Source: Lingula anatina (taxonomy: Eukaryota > Animalia > Brachiopoda). From it: a DNA stretch of 64,000 nt. Below are positions 38,932-52,073 of the stretch, piece by piece. The first letter of the stretch is position 1. Every line of letters starts with the position of its first letter. Under the pieces are notes generated by a model. The model worked only from the letters and a program-made list of their open reading frames with translations, had not been told where the DNA came from and searched no databases. The stretch spans positions 1,426,001-1,490,000 of the forward strand of contig CM120647.1 of assembly GCA_051362555.1 (NCBI GenBank), in the 5' to 3' direction. The position numbers and the translations under genes are program-made.

Positions 38932-41115
38932 CCTGAAATAATGTTAAATCTGTACTTGATTAGGTATAGCTAAATAATTTTAAAAAATGAAAATAAAATA
39001 TCAATGTTACCTTTGGCTTCTTTTTTATGATATACAGATTCTGTCAGATCAGTTTGATATGTTTCTCAAATAAGATTTTTATAACACTTTGCTATGAACT
39101 TGATTGTTACATTGGAGTTGCTTACCTTTCTCTCTCTCCTCAGTTGATTGCTTTCCTCTTTGCTGGTATTTAAATCACTGTCCTAAAGTATTTAAATAAA
39201 AACTTCAATCATTTTGAAATTATTGACAAAAATGTAGGGATGAAAGGTAGCAGTTTGATATTTTGAATAAGTTATATGCGAGTTATATACAAATTCATAA
39301 TTGTACTTATTTGTGAATTCCTTTGGTTTGCTTGTTTGTTAAAACATTTGCATTTGATTTGTATATTTTGAAATCCTTACGTTCTGCAATCCTATGGAGT
39401 AAGTTTTCTCCTCTGTCCCAGACAGGCAACACCCTCATCAATCTGTAAACCAAATTCAATAAATTAAATATAAATATAGATTTTTATACAAATCCATTCA
39501 TGTACATTTTTGTCAATACATTTTTCTGTTTGAAGGAGTTGAATGTGAACTAGCATCTTTATCTAACTTTTCTATTTTCAGTTCAACAGTAGTGCCATCA
39601 TCATCTTCTGTAACTTTAATCTGAAGTAATTATTAGAAAGTGGAATTAATATCAAAAACCTTAAGTTATTTAATTCTTTCATTATTTACAGCAAATACAG
39701 TGTAAAATCAACATTAACTTTTCATTGAATATTCTTGGTAATAAATTCTTGACATTTTTTCAGGCATGGAGACAGCTCATTTACTCATATACCGAAAAAA
39801 CTTCTTAGAATTTGGTGAGACACATTCAGTTGTTTACTATTGCACTTAACTGCTTTTTTTATTTCATTCAATTATAAATAGTAATATATATGTAGTTATA
39901 GATATAGATTTTTTATTTATTCATTTATTTATTTATTTATTTTTATTATTATTATCATTATTATTATTATTATTTTTTTTTTTGCTATATTGTACTTGCC
40001 TTGCTCTCAATGTTTGGTAAATCTGTACCACTGAACTGCACTAAAGCCCATTTCTGATTTTCATCTGTCTCTTGGAAATGAATTTATTGAATTAGGTTCC
40101 AGCTGTTAGGTGATATTAGAAGTGGAAGGTTTTGTTTGACATTAAATTATAAATTATACATATTACATGTTATTACTCTGTTAATTGATGTCAAAGACTT
40201 ATAAGTTGTAATGTATTTCCAATGTATTTCCAATTGTTAGTCTTTATTTGTGTCTTTATTTCATGTTGTAAACTATAAGTGTTTTTCTAAAATATTTTTC
40301 AGAGACCACTAGGAATACAGTTGGCTGACAAAATGTGTTTAATATATCATCCACCAGATGCTGTATGGGATAGTGCCAAAATCTCCATAACAGTTATTGA
40401 AATGGCTATAAGAAATGTGACTGTAATAGAGGCAACATCCCTGTACAGGAGAAAGTCAAGACAACTGGATAAGGCAGAATACAAAAGGAAAAACAAATGC
40501 ATTATTCTTATCTTACACGGATTGCAGTGGATTTCATATGGAAGAAATATCAACACAGTTGTGTGCATTGTGATGAATAATACAGACTAGGAATCAGTTA
40601 TCCTAGCTATTACATAAGATTTTGTTATATAGACAGATAAACGTATTAATTCTTGGATTCACCACTTGCTTGAATTACTTGAAAATGCTTACAAAACAAA
40701 GTTTTCTGTTTATCTGGGGCACATTGTTGGAAGCCCCACGACAGCAACGGTCTCAGCAGACTTCTCTTTTAATGCCACTCGTTTAACAAATCTACTAAAC
40801 ATATCCAAAATTTATTGAACATATTTGTACCCATTTTTTATATTTATTCATGTCTATCAGATTCACTTGATTGATCTTTTGGGAATGGGAGGCTACAACC
40901 GGCTTTATCTGGGGCACATTGTCAAATTTTGGGCGAATTTGCAGCATTTTATTCAATGTAGATCAAATTGGAGCCCTGCCAATGCCACTAACTGAATTTC
41001 GTATGAAGTAATACAATCTTTCTTTTCCAGCCCCTTTTGTTTTGGTGTGTGTATCTTTTATAATGTTGGGTACTTGTGACTTTTAAGAAAATCATACAAT
41101 TAATTTTCAAATGCA

Positions 41116-41178
<63 letters not shown>

Positions 41179-42639
41179 TTCCCTCTGCACAAACAATATT
41201 AAATTTCTGCTAATCGTTTTCTTAGTCAATATTGTGTTTATTTTCTAACATTTTCCTTCTTTCATTATAAGGATTGAAGCACTATTTTGCCAATTTGATA
41301 TTTAGTCTTAGTAGTCTTACCGGTAAGCGCGTTCAAAATCATTCTGATACGGATTTCTTTATAATGTTTAGGGATATTTTTTATGACAAATACGGCCATT
41401 TTGGACGTTGTTTCCCGCACTTTAGTCACGTGGTGAAACAACATGCGTCAAAATCAATATTTCATTTACATGTTTTAAAATAATTAGAATTCAACATATA
41501 TCATAACATTACATATAGAAAGCTTATTATAAGAATGAGTTTTTTTGAAAATTCCCACTGGTATCAACTTTTAGAGTGCGTGCCCCTGAAGAGCATTATG
41601 AATTAAGTAAATAATATTATTTTTCTCTTTTAATGCGCGTCATACAAATTATATACAAAAAAATATATATTTTTATTTATCAATTGCACACGTTTCGCTT
41701 GGGAAAACAATCACGGAAAATGCCGATTGTGCTGAGATGGTAACTCTGCTCGCCTTCACTTCAGCATTGCTGTAGATGTGCCGGTGTTCTTGTGTAATTG
41801 TGTTATGACGTCATCACTTCATGCGCTCGTCCAATGATATTTGAGGATCCAAGGATAGACCCGTCACAAACCTAGCTCTGCTAATAAGTTTTTCCCTTTC
41901 ATATTGGTCCGCTTCAACTATTCAAAATAATTCAAGCTTTGTTTTGACCGGTGTGCATGCAGTTTGATCGAAATGCAGTGGCCGATTTAGTGAAGGTGGT
42001 GTCAGGGGACCCTGCCCACCCCCCTTCTTTTGATTTCTAAAAAAAATCACACCAATCGTCCCCTCTTGAAATTAGAATTTTGACTAGCTGAATCACAGTT
42101 ATAAACCGTATTACCTTGTAAATAGCCCTTCATCGTGCCCCGAACCACACACCAAGAGGGAGTAGGCGCGTAGGCTTTGCATCCGCGGACCGTGGCAGGG
42201 CAAGTTGGTCTTAGGATCGGAGCAAGTTGGCACTCTACTGGTATACTTAAATACAGTGAATATCTATATAGTAATAGCAGATCAGCTGAAGTCCCCTTTT
42301 CACGTTTTTCTCCCAAACTACAACGATCTGTTAACAACTGACAAGTGTTAGCAATACCCCAGGGCAGTGGGAAGATGGTGGTCCTAGTTTGAATTTGATC
42401 ATGAGTGTTAAAAGTATATTTTGAAGGAATTTTCTAGCAATTGGTAATTTCCGTAAAGCTTCGGCATATGTGACAGGTATCATATATTGTCAATTACACT
42501 ATATCATATAGCAAGATTTGCTGCATTCCCGTAGCCGGGGGTCTTCCGGGGGGGGGGGGGGGTTCGAAGTAGCCGCCTTTTTCTCTGGGAAAATGTCCGA
42601 TTTGAACCAAAATTTTTCTTTGATTTATCATCATCATCA

Positions 42640-42687
<48 letters not shown>

Positions 42688-43253
42688 TAATATTAAATGA
42701 TTGTTAACCGTTTTGCACCTAATGGCAAGATGGGGAGGTTGGCTTTTATTTTATTTTTTTCTATTTTTTTTTTACCGGATTTCGGTTGAAAATGCATGTC
42801 ATAAACAAATGCAATGTCACAATTACCATGATAACATATTAAGCATCATTTATAAATTACACCAAATACTGTTCACTGTGGTGTCTATAAAAGTCTACTA
42901 AATCACCTCTTCGCGAACTACATGTAGAAATTTAAGCGGAAAATGTTCACGCATTGAAGACAACTTTTCGTCTCATTTATCAGAAAATAATTTTTCGTTT
43001 GTGGTGTTTTGTTCATCATACACGAAAACATTAAGATAAAATTAAACATAATAATTTATAGGAACTAACGTGCTTTGTATTGATTAAGTAAAGTAGAAGC
43101 TTTTACACTAACACGGAAAACAATTTTTATATTCTATTATAGCTTTATAGCATAGCTAAAACATTAACCCCAGCTACCTGTAAGTGAAGAACTAATGGCA
43201 GCTTAGATTAAATCAGCTGGTTTGCTCTCTTTATGCCGTCCGCGGTAGACTTA

Positions 43254-43767
43254 GATCGCATTCACAACGAGTTGAGCCAGGCTTTACAAATCCTGGAACT
43301 AAATATGGCGGACGTACATGAAAGAAAAACCGCCTAATCTTTTAATAGTCTCTCCGCCTCTTGCACGCCTCCCCACACGTCGTCCCTGCAGGGTACAGTC
43401 ATTAAATCTCGGCTCCGTTCGCTATGTGGAAGCTAGATAAGAGATATTAAGTGCGCATGCACATTGGTCTTGGGTCAGCTGATCAGCTGGGTAGGCCTAT
43501 CTCCGTGAATATCTCCGTGAATATCTCTGGTGACATTATCTCCGTAGATATCCGATTCATTGCTGCTCTACGGGCCAATTCATTTCTTTTTCGTCTCTGT
43601 TTTGAAAGATAATAGAACAGAAGAGCTTTTTTCCTTCGATCGCCTCCAGCCACCATGCTTTCTTCACCTCGAGTTTAATTGATGAGCACAGTTTTTCTTT
43701 CATGTACGTCCACCATACTTAGTTCCAGGATATCTAAAGCCTGGCTCAACTCGTTGTGAATGCGATC
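43254..43767. mobile_element. Harbinger-like MITE of the GATCGCATTCAC family, longer variant
   Basis: Long TIR, TTA/TTA TSD, empty site at ~26299 (GACTTAGAG). Confidence 0.88.
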
Positions 43768-44116
43768 TTAGAGCTGGCACATGGGGAAACTAACGAATGA
43801 CTTTCTCTTTAATGAAAAATTGTATTGAATTTCAGTGTAACAATTTCCATTAAAGAATTAACTAATCTATAGGCTCTGACATGACTCCAGATTCGACTCA
43901 GTCTTTCACGTGCACAGAGAAGCATAACAGAACATCCTCACATCAGTTCCAACTTCACACAAACATTCAAATTGTATATACATTATGTGCAGGGAATCTA
44001 TGCGTGCAAGTGGCTGCTACTTATTTACATACTAATTGTTGTGCAGTATTATACCAGGTGATATGTATCTGTCTCAGGCATACCTATAGGCCTCTATAGA
44101 GAAAAATAAGTATGTA

Positions 44117-44855
44117 TGTATTACAGACGTGGATTAAATATCAACATGTTGACTAAATATGATTATACAATGTGGAACTGGTGCAGGATTTTACAGAATT
44201 GAACAAGTTGTTATGGAAAAACAACATTCTGAAAAAACCAAAGCTAAGAACATGTATATTTTTCAAAAACACCTTCAATTGAGACTCATTTGTTAGGTTG
44301 TCCATGGATAAGACATTAAGATCAGTACTGTGCCAATTTAGATGCGGAATACTGCCGTTGCGACTAGAGACTGGCCGCTACGTGCGGGAGGAGGCTTCTC
44401 TCCGCCTTTGCTAGTTGTGTGATAAGAGCATGATTGAGAATGAGAGTCAGTAGGCTTGTTAGTGACCAATAAATGGCCAAACGCCGCATTTCGTAAAAGG
44501 GGCATACCAACACAAAATGATGCCAAGTTAGACAATTGTATTATAAAATGCAGCGTTTTACCCGTTAACAAGCCTTCTATCATTTTGTGTTGGTATGGCC
44601 CTTTTACGAGGACATACGATGTAAGTTTCTGGGAGACGTGGACTGTAATCATGTTGACAGGGAAGAGTTATTTCAAATGCTAACAGACTTAGTTGTCAAT
44701 AAACCTAAAGGCATGGCATGTTATTTAAAGAACAGTTTTAGTTAACGGTGGTCAGTTCTATTCAGAGCTCAGGAGTCTAACGTACCAGAAATTATAGTGC
44801 TTGCGTAGTCATAACTTTCAACCTTAATCATAGTTGTTTCTTTATTTTAGATATT

Positions 44856-44900
<45 letters not shown>

Positions 44901-45058
44901 TTATTTATTTTTATTTTTATTTTTATTTCATTTTTTTTTTTATTTTATTTTTGCATTGTTTCTGAGATATGTACAAGGTCGGTGACTTGTAGGCCCATGA
45001 GGTCGGGTGGTTTGTATATCTGTATCACATGTCACGTTAATAAATAAATACCATACTA
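44117..45058 (+). pseudogene. LINE ORF2 3' end plus UTR and tail (RTEX/L2-like); copy at 54017-54890
   Basis: RSVLCQFRCGILPLRLETGRY...RLC...EDEIHFVFVCP (clearest in unit 4); ends AATAAATAAATACCATAC. Confidence 0.78.
44451..44579. mobile_element. Internally deleted Academ-like element with both termini
   Basis: TAGGCTTGTTA...TAACAAGCCTTCTA at the same LINE site as 258 and 26581; flanks TCAG/TCAT. Confidence 0.6.
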
Positions 45059-45549
45059 ATTACAAGAAGTAAGGTAGAAAGCTTTTAAACTAAAACGAAA
45101 ATCATTTTGTATTATTCTATTATAGCTTTACCGCATAGCTAAAATACTAACATCAGCTAAGTGAAGAACTAATGGCAGCTTAGATGGAATCAGCTGGTTT
45201 GCTCTTTTTAAAATTGCAGCAGAAACTATATGGGAAGTATTCCCAGAAGTCGTTCATTTATTCGAACTCGCGGTGAAGGCGAAATAAAACGTCATCGATT
45301 TAATTCGTTTGAACGGACGGAAACAAGAGAAGACAGACAGCAACTGGCGTTTCAATAGAAATTTTATTATTATATTTTACTACAATTAAGAACAAACGGT
45401 ATTAAAATCAATTCGGGCGCTCTTTACCTATTCTAGGACTAAACATACGACCTATGCTAATAATAAAAACATTGAAAATTAAAAACGAAAGATTTGTATA
45501 ATTTATGGGACTCTATTCGCAACAGCCATGGGGCAATACAATGTTTACG

Positions 45550-45895
45550 ATCGGGTGGAGCTTAGACTGAGGCCCGTTGTCTATTGGTTGATTGGTATAA
45601 TCGGGTGGAGCTTAGACTGAGGCTCGCTGTCTATTGGTTGATTGGTATAATCGGGTGGAGCTTAGACTGAGGCCCGCTGTCTATTGGTTGATTGGTATAA
45701 TCGGGTGGAGCTTAGACTGAGGCCCGCTGTCTATTGGTTGATTGGTATAATCGGGTGGAGCTTAGACTGAGGCCCGCTGTCTATTGGTTGATTGGTATAA
45801 TCGGGTGGAGCTTAGACTGAGGCCCGTTGTCTATTGGTTGATTGGTATAATCGGGTGGAGCTTAGACTGAGGCCCGTTGTCTATTGGTTGTTTGG
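45550..45895. repeat. 50-bp minisatellite, seven units
   Basis: ATCGGGTGGAGCTTAGACTGAGGCCCGCTGTCTATTGGTTGATTGGTATA at a 50-bp period. Confidence 0.95.
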
Positions 45896-46538
45896 GCAAT
45901 CCTGTGTTAAAGGTGTGGACTAATTAGTTAAAAGCTGACAGATGCGGGCTAGCCACTCCTGGAATTTCGGCAATTATGAAACTTTTCTAGCTCGTTTGAA
46001 GGAATCGTTCTCTGACCGAAAACTGCTTTTCGTTAGAGTAAAATATCTGTCCAAATTGCTCTTAGAAGTAAGATATTTTCAGGGAATTCAGTTATATGTG
46101 ATGCAATTTTATGCGGAGAAATTATATGCAAAAACGTCAAATGCTTCATCGTGTTTCTGATAAGACCTATATCTTATATCATATAAAATAACTATACAAC
46201 AGCAGAAGTTCAGTGTTTACAATATAAACAAAGGCGCTGGATGGATCCCCAAAAGATTAAATATATTAGCTAAAAATTGCCTAACATTTATACAGTTTGT
46301 GAAACAAAAGCAACGGACTGTTACTTTGAATGTAAACGTTTACTATGACGAAAATACTTGCCTTTTTAATTTTACTTTTTAATTCAAGTTATGGTGGGAG
46401 TACTAGTTACTTAATTAACGTTACTATGTAGGCCTACTTTACAGAAGTAACCGTCCAAACATTTACGTGGCGAAGAACAGTGTAATACAACGTAGTGTTA
46501 CATCCGGGAAGTTAGTGGTTGTGGACGCTGTGCTGTGA

Positions 46539-47573
46539 TTAGTGGACTTCATTCTCAACACCCCTAGCTGTGGTTTCAGTGTTCAGACGACAACGAAAAC
46601 ACTCTTTGAAAAGTTTCACCAACTCGTCCCGAAATACCTGACCCGACGCAACAAAATGAAAAAAATTAGTATTGTGATTCAGATAACTTATGAGGTGCGT
46701 TACTGACCATGACATGTAGGTGATAACATTTTGTTTTTGATACAAAATTTTGTAGTAGAGAACATAGATGAGATGAGGCCAGTTGAGCAAGATGGACGTT
46801 GCCACTGTCGTTAACAGCAGAATATTTAATTTGGCGTTTGTCAATCCACTGCTATCACCGTGCTGCTGATGACCAGCCAGTTGTCGTCTTACGGAATGGA
46901 TCTTCCTAAGTTTATACACAATGGCGACCGTCATCGCTGTAATGGCTGTTGTGATTACGAACCACACCACCATATATGCAGAGTCCAAAATGTTGATAAC
47001 ATGATATAATGATGATGCAAAAAGTTCATGGATACCTATGATATAAAGAGAATTTAATAATACAACCAGAGGAATAGGAATTACAGATATCAGCAAAGCC
47101 TTTCGTTTCGTGCACAGAGAAGCCGCTTGCAGAGGTTTATAAATTATTACAAGTCTCTCTACGGTTAACACCAATATGTAGAATATGGAAAGCCAATAGC
47201 ATATCATATCTAAAATTCGAATAGATGTTCTTGGACCTGTTCGTTTATCATACAAGATGCACTGAAACGAGAGAAACGACAGACGTAACTGATCCGCACC
47301 GGCAAGGAACAGGATATAAACGAAGGTGGATTTCTGCCTAAGACTCGGACGTCGGAGAACCACCAGGAAGGTGAGGAAGTTACCAACTAGGCCGATGGCT
47401 GTCAGGACGTTTACAGTGTTACACCAACATGTCTCATAGTAAAACCAGCACCGTTGCTCGGAGGATAGCATAGTATCGTTTACGTCGTCCAAATCGTACC
47501 TGCTCATATTTCCTTGGGAGGCGCTGGTGCTATTAAAAAGTCCAACATCGTTTTGATAGTCTACCTGATGCAT
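46539..47573 (-). CDS. Class A GPCR copy 3, 344 aa, shortened C-terminal tail
   Basis: Intact 7TM ORF with the same motifs; 13-bp deletion near the C-terminus relative to copy 4. Confidence 0.88.
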   Translation of the reverse strand: MHQVDYQNDVGLFNSTSASQGNMSRYDLDDVNDTMLSSEQRCWFYYETCWCNTVNVLTAIGLVGNFLTFLVVLRRPSLRQKSTFVYILFLAGADQLRLSFLSFQCILYDKRTGPRTSIRILDMICYWLSIFYILVLTVERLVIIYKPLQAASLCTKRKALLISVIPIPLVVLLNSLYIIGIHELFASSLYHVINILDSAYMVVWFVITTAITAMTVAIVYKLRKIHSVRRQLAGHQQHGDSSGLTNAKLNILLLTTVATSILLNWPHLIYVLYYKILYQKQNVITYMSWSVTHLISYLNHNTNFFHFVASGQVFRDELVKLFKECFRCRLNTETTARGVENEVH

Positions 47574-47867
47574 TGTTAGTATGTCGTCTTCGAGTTTAAT
47601 CTTTTCCCGTTGGTAGTCACTAATACAATTCCAGCTGTTCAGGAAAAGATGACAAACTTAACGCAGCTAACTAGTTCATGTAATTCACTAATGCTCAGTG
47701 TTGGTAAATCCCCCCTTAAATTGCCTTATAATGAATTCACTTCCCCTTGGTAGTCAACTATAGTAATGTACTTTATACTGGCACTGAGTGGATTTGTCCG
47801 TTGAATAAGTAAATATACCCTACCCCAGTGAGCCTCGTTTCAGGTCCTGCCTCAGGGACCTCATATA

Positions 47868-49527
47868 CAACATTGGTCAAAAAGGTTGTCCCACCCCCAG
47901 TTTCATGTGCTTTTATTTATAAATGATCACATCACAGTAGTTAATTGCTATGAATGGTGATTTTCATTCCGATTACCATAACTAACATGATAAGTGCTAA
48001 AGAAAATACAAACTATCGGTGAATATATCCATATTTAATACCATTTATTCTCATTTATAACATGTACCCCCTCAAATCCGATGTTCCACTGTCATTTCCA
48101 CGGAGGTAGAGAAATGCCCATTAAATTGAATTGACACCACCAAATGTCACCAAATTTGCACACATTTAGCATTAGGGTGTGCTTGTTAAAGGTCACGTGT
48201 CTACAAGCGTCTGTGTTTACCGCGTACTGTATTTATCTCCTGTAGACGGCGCCAATGCCTTCAATAAGGGTAGCGATACTGTTTTGTGGGATATTGTCCC
48301 ACGTTTCCTTAAAACCTTTCTCGAAATTGGTCTGGCTATTTGGAGTTTGGTTCTCTTCTGGATTACACACTTCAATTCAGGCCACGGGTGTTCAGTAGGT
48401 ATATTATCAGGGCTCAAAGATGGTTTCTCCAGCCTCAGAACTGGTTTTCTGCAACAAATCACTCAGCAGACGAGAACTGTGTGCAAGTGTGCTGTCATGA
48501 TGAAGCCTGAATCACCCCTGAAGTACCCTCTTGCAGACGGAATGAGATATCAGTTGGTAATTTTAGGTTCAGTGACCACAGAACTACCAGAACTTGGTTA
48601 ACGATCATTAGGGACAAGTTGGTTTTGCTGAAAACTCATGGTATTTCTCGTATGCTTTCGATGGTCAAATTAGGGCCCGTAGACATGTTGCAGAATGGTT
48701 TTGGAAGGTGTGTGCAGGATAATATCGCCTGAGGTGTCAGGTCAGTCTACGTTTGGAGAGCATTCCAAGCCCATGGTTTTAATACATTGTTCTTTCCGGA
48801 AAAGAACGTTGTTGGGACAATTCACTGAAACATTCTCAACAAGTATCTAACTCCATTTGCAATAGGTGACTTCAGGGATACTGCAGGCGTCATCGAGGAA
48901 ATGCACTTGCACACAGTTCTCGTCTGCCGAGTGATTTGTTGAAGAAACCCAATGTTCAAAGGATGGGCCAACCATCTTTGACCCCTGATATTAATCCTAC
49001 TAAGCATCTGTGGCATGAAATAAAGTATGCAATGGAAAGGAGAACAAAACTCCTAATAATCTGAACCGACGCCCCCAAATTTTTTAAGAAGAATGGGACA
49101 ACATCCCACAAAACAGAATTGCTATCCTTGTTGAAGGCAGGCCGCGCCGCCTACAGGAGATAATTACAGTACGCGGTAGACACACACGCTATTAGGCACG
49201 TGACCTTTAACGAACACACCCTAATGCTAAATGTGTGTAAATTTGGTGAAATTTGGTGGTTTCTTTTCAATATAATGGACATTTCTTTGCCTCTGTGAAA
49301 ATCACAGTGAAACGGCCGATTGAAGGGGGTACATGTATTTAATGTGAATAAATGGTATTAAATATTGATATTTTCACTACTAGTTTGTATTTACTGTTCC
49401 TTAAACATGTTAGTTATGGTATCTGGAATGATAATCACTATTTATAACAATATTCACCGGCGAGGTGATCATTTATAAAGAAAAGCACATGATGCTGGGG
49501 GTTTGACAACCTTTTTGACCAATGTTG
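47868..49527. mobile_element. Foldback Tc1/mariner derivative made of two inverted transposase 3' halves
   Basis: TA-CAACATTGGTCAAAAAGGTTGTC TIR at both ends; arms ~47868-48555 and ~48835-49527 both encode decayed SPDxNPxEHxW and RGxHTRY motifs; empty site at ~58128. Confidence 0.85.
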
Positions 49528-51854
49528 TATAATAATTCCGCCCAGTCAGAGGCTGTATAACGTGTACGATTATGGTGGCTGATTTATGAGAAATTTAAGA
49601 TTTTGTTTACTATCCTTTCTATATCTGTACGTATTGTTATAGAGAGGAATAACGACGGTCTGGAGCTTTCGAACGTTTATTCACCGACTCTCTTTTCATA
49701 CAACTTCAGAAATATTTAAACTCCCAAAACTCAGTTATCATGTGATAAACAGCTGATCGAAATTAAAATACATTATGAAATTAACCAATCACATAAACTG
49801 TTACTGACTTTGACCTTTTCCATCTTTTTCTGACACCCAAAGCATGTTCTACACTTGTAGACTTTTGATGAAACTAAACTTACAGTCAGTAACTCCCTAT
49901 CCTTTACTAGTTTGATTCCGTTTTAATTGTTATCTGCAATTAGTGAAAGTGTACGTCATTTGCTTCACAACAATATAAATGATTTCAATAACCAAGTAGA
50001 CTGGATGACGATCTGCACTAGTACTGTAATTGTGCGTAAAACGTCCTTATTAATGACAACAAGAAACATCAAATTTTCAAAATGTTATATTTTTGCAATA
50101 CTAAAACTGATGGAAGCTAAGTAATTCAATCAAAACTTCACTAACCACGCACAAGAGATCTTTCCAAATTGCATTTAAACTAATGAATTTATATTTCCCA
50201 AGAGCTTTGTCAGCTTTTCTATCAAAGGAATCAACCTCTCTTCCTTTCTAAAATCTCAGGACGCCGTTTCAAACTGTGTAAATAGACCATATTCCATCAG
50301 TCACAAAAAGGGTATTTCGAATTAATCGCACACTGAATTCTTTGTCTCGTCGGCAATTACTGTATTAACTCTATATTTTTTTTAAATTTTATCTTGCTGG
50401 GGGAACTGTTCTATAAGTTCGAGGTTGTTTCCTGTTAAGCCTACCCTGCACAGTTTATTTTACTCTAACTGAAAAAAAAAAGAAACAACGAAAAAAAGCT
50501 GTCAAAAGTGAAAACAGCGAACATCAAACCTTTCAAAAGGTAATCTCTTTGAAATGGTCAAACTGACGGAAGTTAAGCAAATTAATCAATCAAACATCCA
50601 CACACAAGATATCTTTTCAAATTTTTATTAAAATGAATGGATTAATATTTCCTAAGTGCCGTGTAAGCTTTTCTGTCTATGAAATCAATCGTTCCAAACT
50701 GTCGTTATAGAACTATATACTACTGGTAACAAAAAGGGCATTTCGCATTAAACGTATACTGTGAAATCTTTCAGTGACTGGGTATTAAGTCAGGCCGATC
50801 CTCTTTTTTGCCAAACGTGTAAGTGTAACCCGGATGGTTACTTATTTCTGAATGAGATGCAACACAGAACGACTTCAATTGTAGCTCATGTAGATTTTTA
50901 TTCACCGACGGGCTACAAGCTGGCACGCAGGCAGGAACTGTCACGGCGATCTCCCGGGGTCTCTCTGTCACTAACTGAGAAGCTCTCGTTTTATAGATAA
51001 TTGTTCTAAGTCCTGTGTGCCCAATAACTACTACTAAATGTGTGTAATTTATAGAAATAATAAAGGAACTAAATGTAACATACATGATTGATAGGAAGTA
51101 TGATAAAACTAAATGCAGGGACTATATTACTTGTTATAGTAGCCCTGAACACGGATATGTTCTCCTGGTAGGAAGGTTACATAGCACTCGGACCTGGGAT
51201 TGGCCTCAACTGAAATTTTCCCAGGTGACTGGTTTGGGTGGTAGAGATCAAAAGAGCGAAATGACTTTAAAAATGAGGCCCAGGGAATTTCTACAATTTT
51301 AGAGTTGTCACCGGTTTCCTATTTCTGACATCTGAGAGGGGTGTAACTTCAACCGAGGTCATACGGACTTCGGTTCCTGGAGGACTTGGATTACTGTTAC
51401 ACCGGGATCCGTGCGAACTAGCGCAGCCAGGTCACGGAGGCAGCATGGAAGGGCAGATAGGGCAGAAAGCGGGTTCCTACGACTGATGGTTAAAGAGAAG
51501 GGACCCGAAATCCCAGTACTGAATATGTTTAACGACAAGGTGGTTATGCCCATTGTCACCGTTGTGTGTCGATTAATTCCTGCAAATTTTTTACCGTGCA
51601 TTGCAACAAATAACTGTGTTTAATTTCTGGGATAGCCTCTTTAAAAGAATAATATGAAAGTTACAGCTGTCTTCTGCTGCGATCAGGTGTCTCCATTTTA
51701 ATTATTCGTGTCCTTTCTTAACATAATCAGATTTATACATTGTATACTTGGACTTCCTCTGTGAAATGTGTAAGCTTCTTGTTCACATGAAATCATTTTC
51801 ACGTGATAGAAATGATGAGTACAAAACTTAAGTCAGTCAAGTCATGTAGCCTTA

Positions 51855-52073
51855 GAGTGCATTCCCATAGATTTATATCGATCCATCTAGATCGACCTAA
51901 CTCCCTGGGGGTTCACGCTAAATTAATTGCTGTCAGCCGAGCGCGCACGGTAGTTTATTACCCTCTTACAGCTTTTAGTAGGCGGGACAGACATTTAAGC
52001 CGGATAAGTTGACAGTAATCTATAGAGAATCCCCACAGGGATAGATCAATCTAAAATCTGTGGGAATGGGGTT
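51855..52073. mobile_element. PIF/Harbinger-type MITE, same family as 9794-10008
   Basis: TTA/TTA TSD, CATTCCCATAGATTT...AAATCTGTGGGAATG. Confidence 0.8.

Larger units (their letters stand above)
26324..43795. repeat. Segmental duplication unit 2
   Basis: Collinear with unit 1, differing by an 11.6-kb deletion, smaller indels and three unit-specific transposon insertions. Confidence 0.92.

Noticed and set aside
43908-43925. 15-nt match CGTGCACAGAGAAGC to the GPCR ASLCT codons
   Set aside because: No flanking similarity; not enough to call another receptor relic
45550-45895. Regularly spaced repeats resembling a CRISPR array
   Set aside because: Units are contiguous with no unique spacers, no cas genes, eukaryotic context; the same applies to the 146-bp and CCTATAGG arrays
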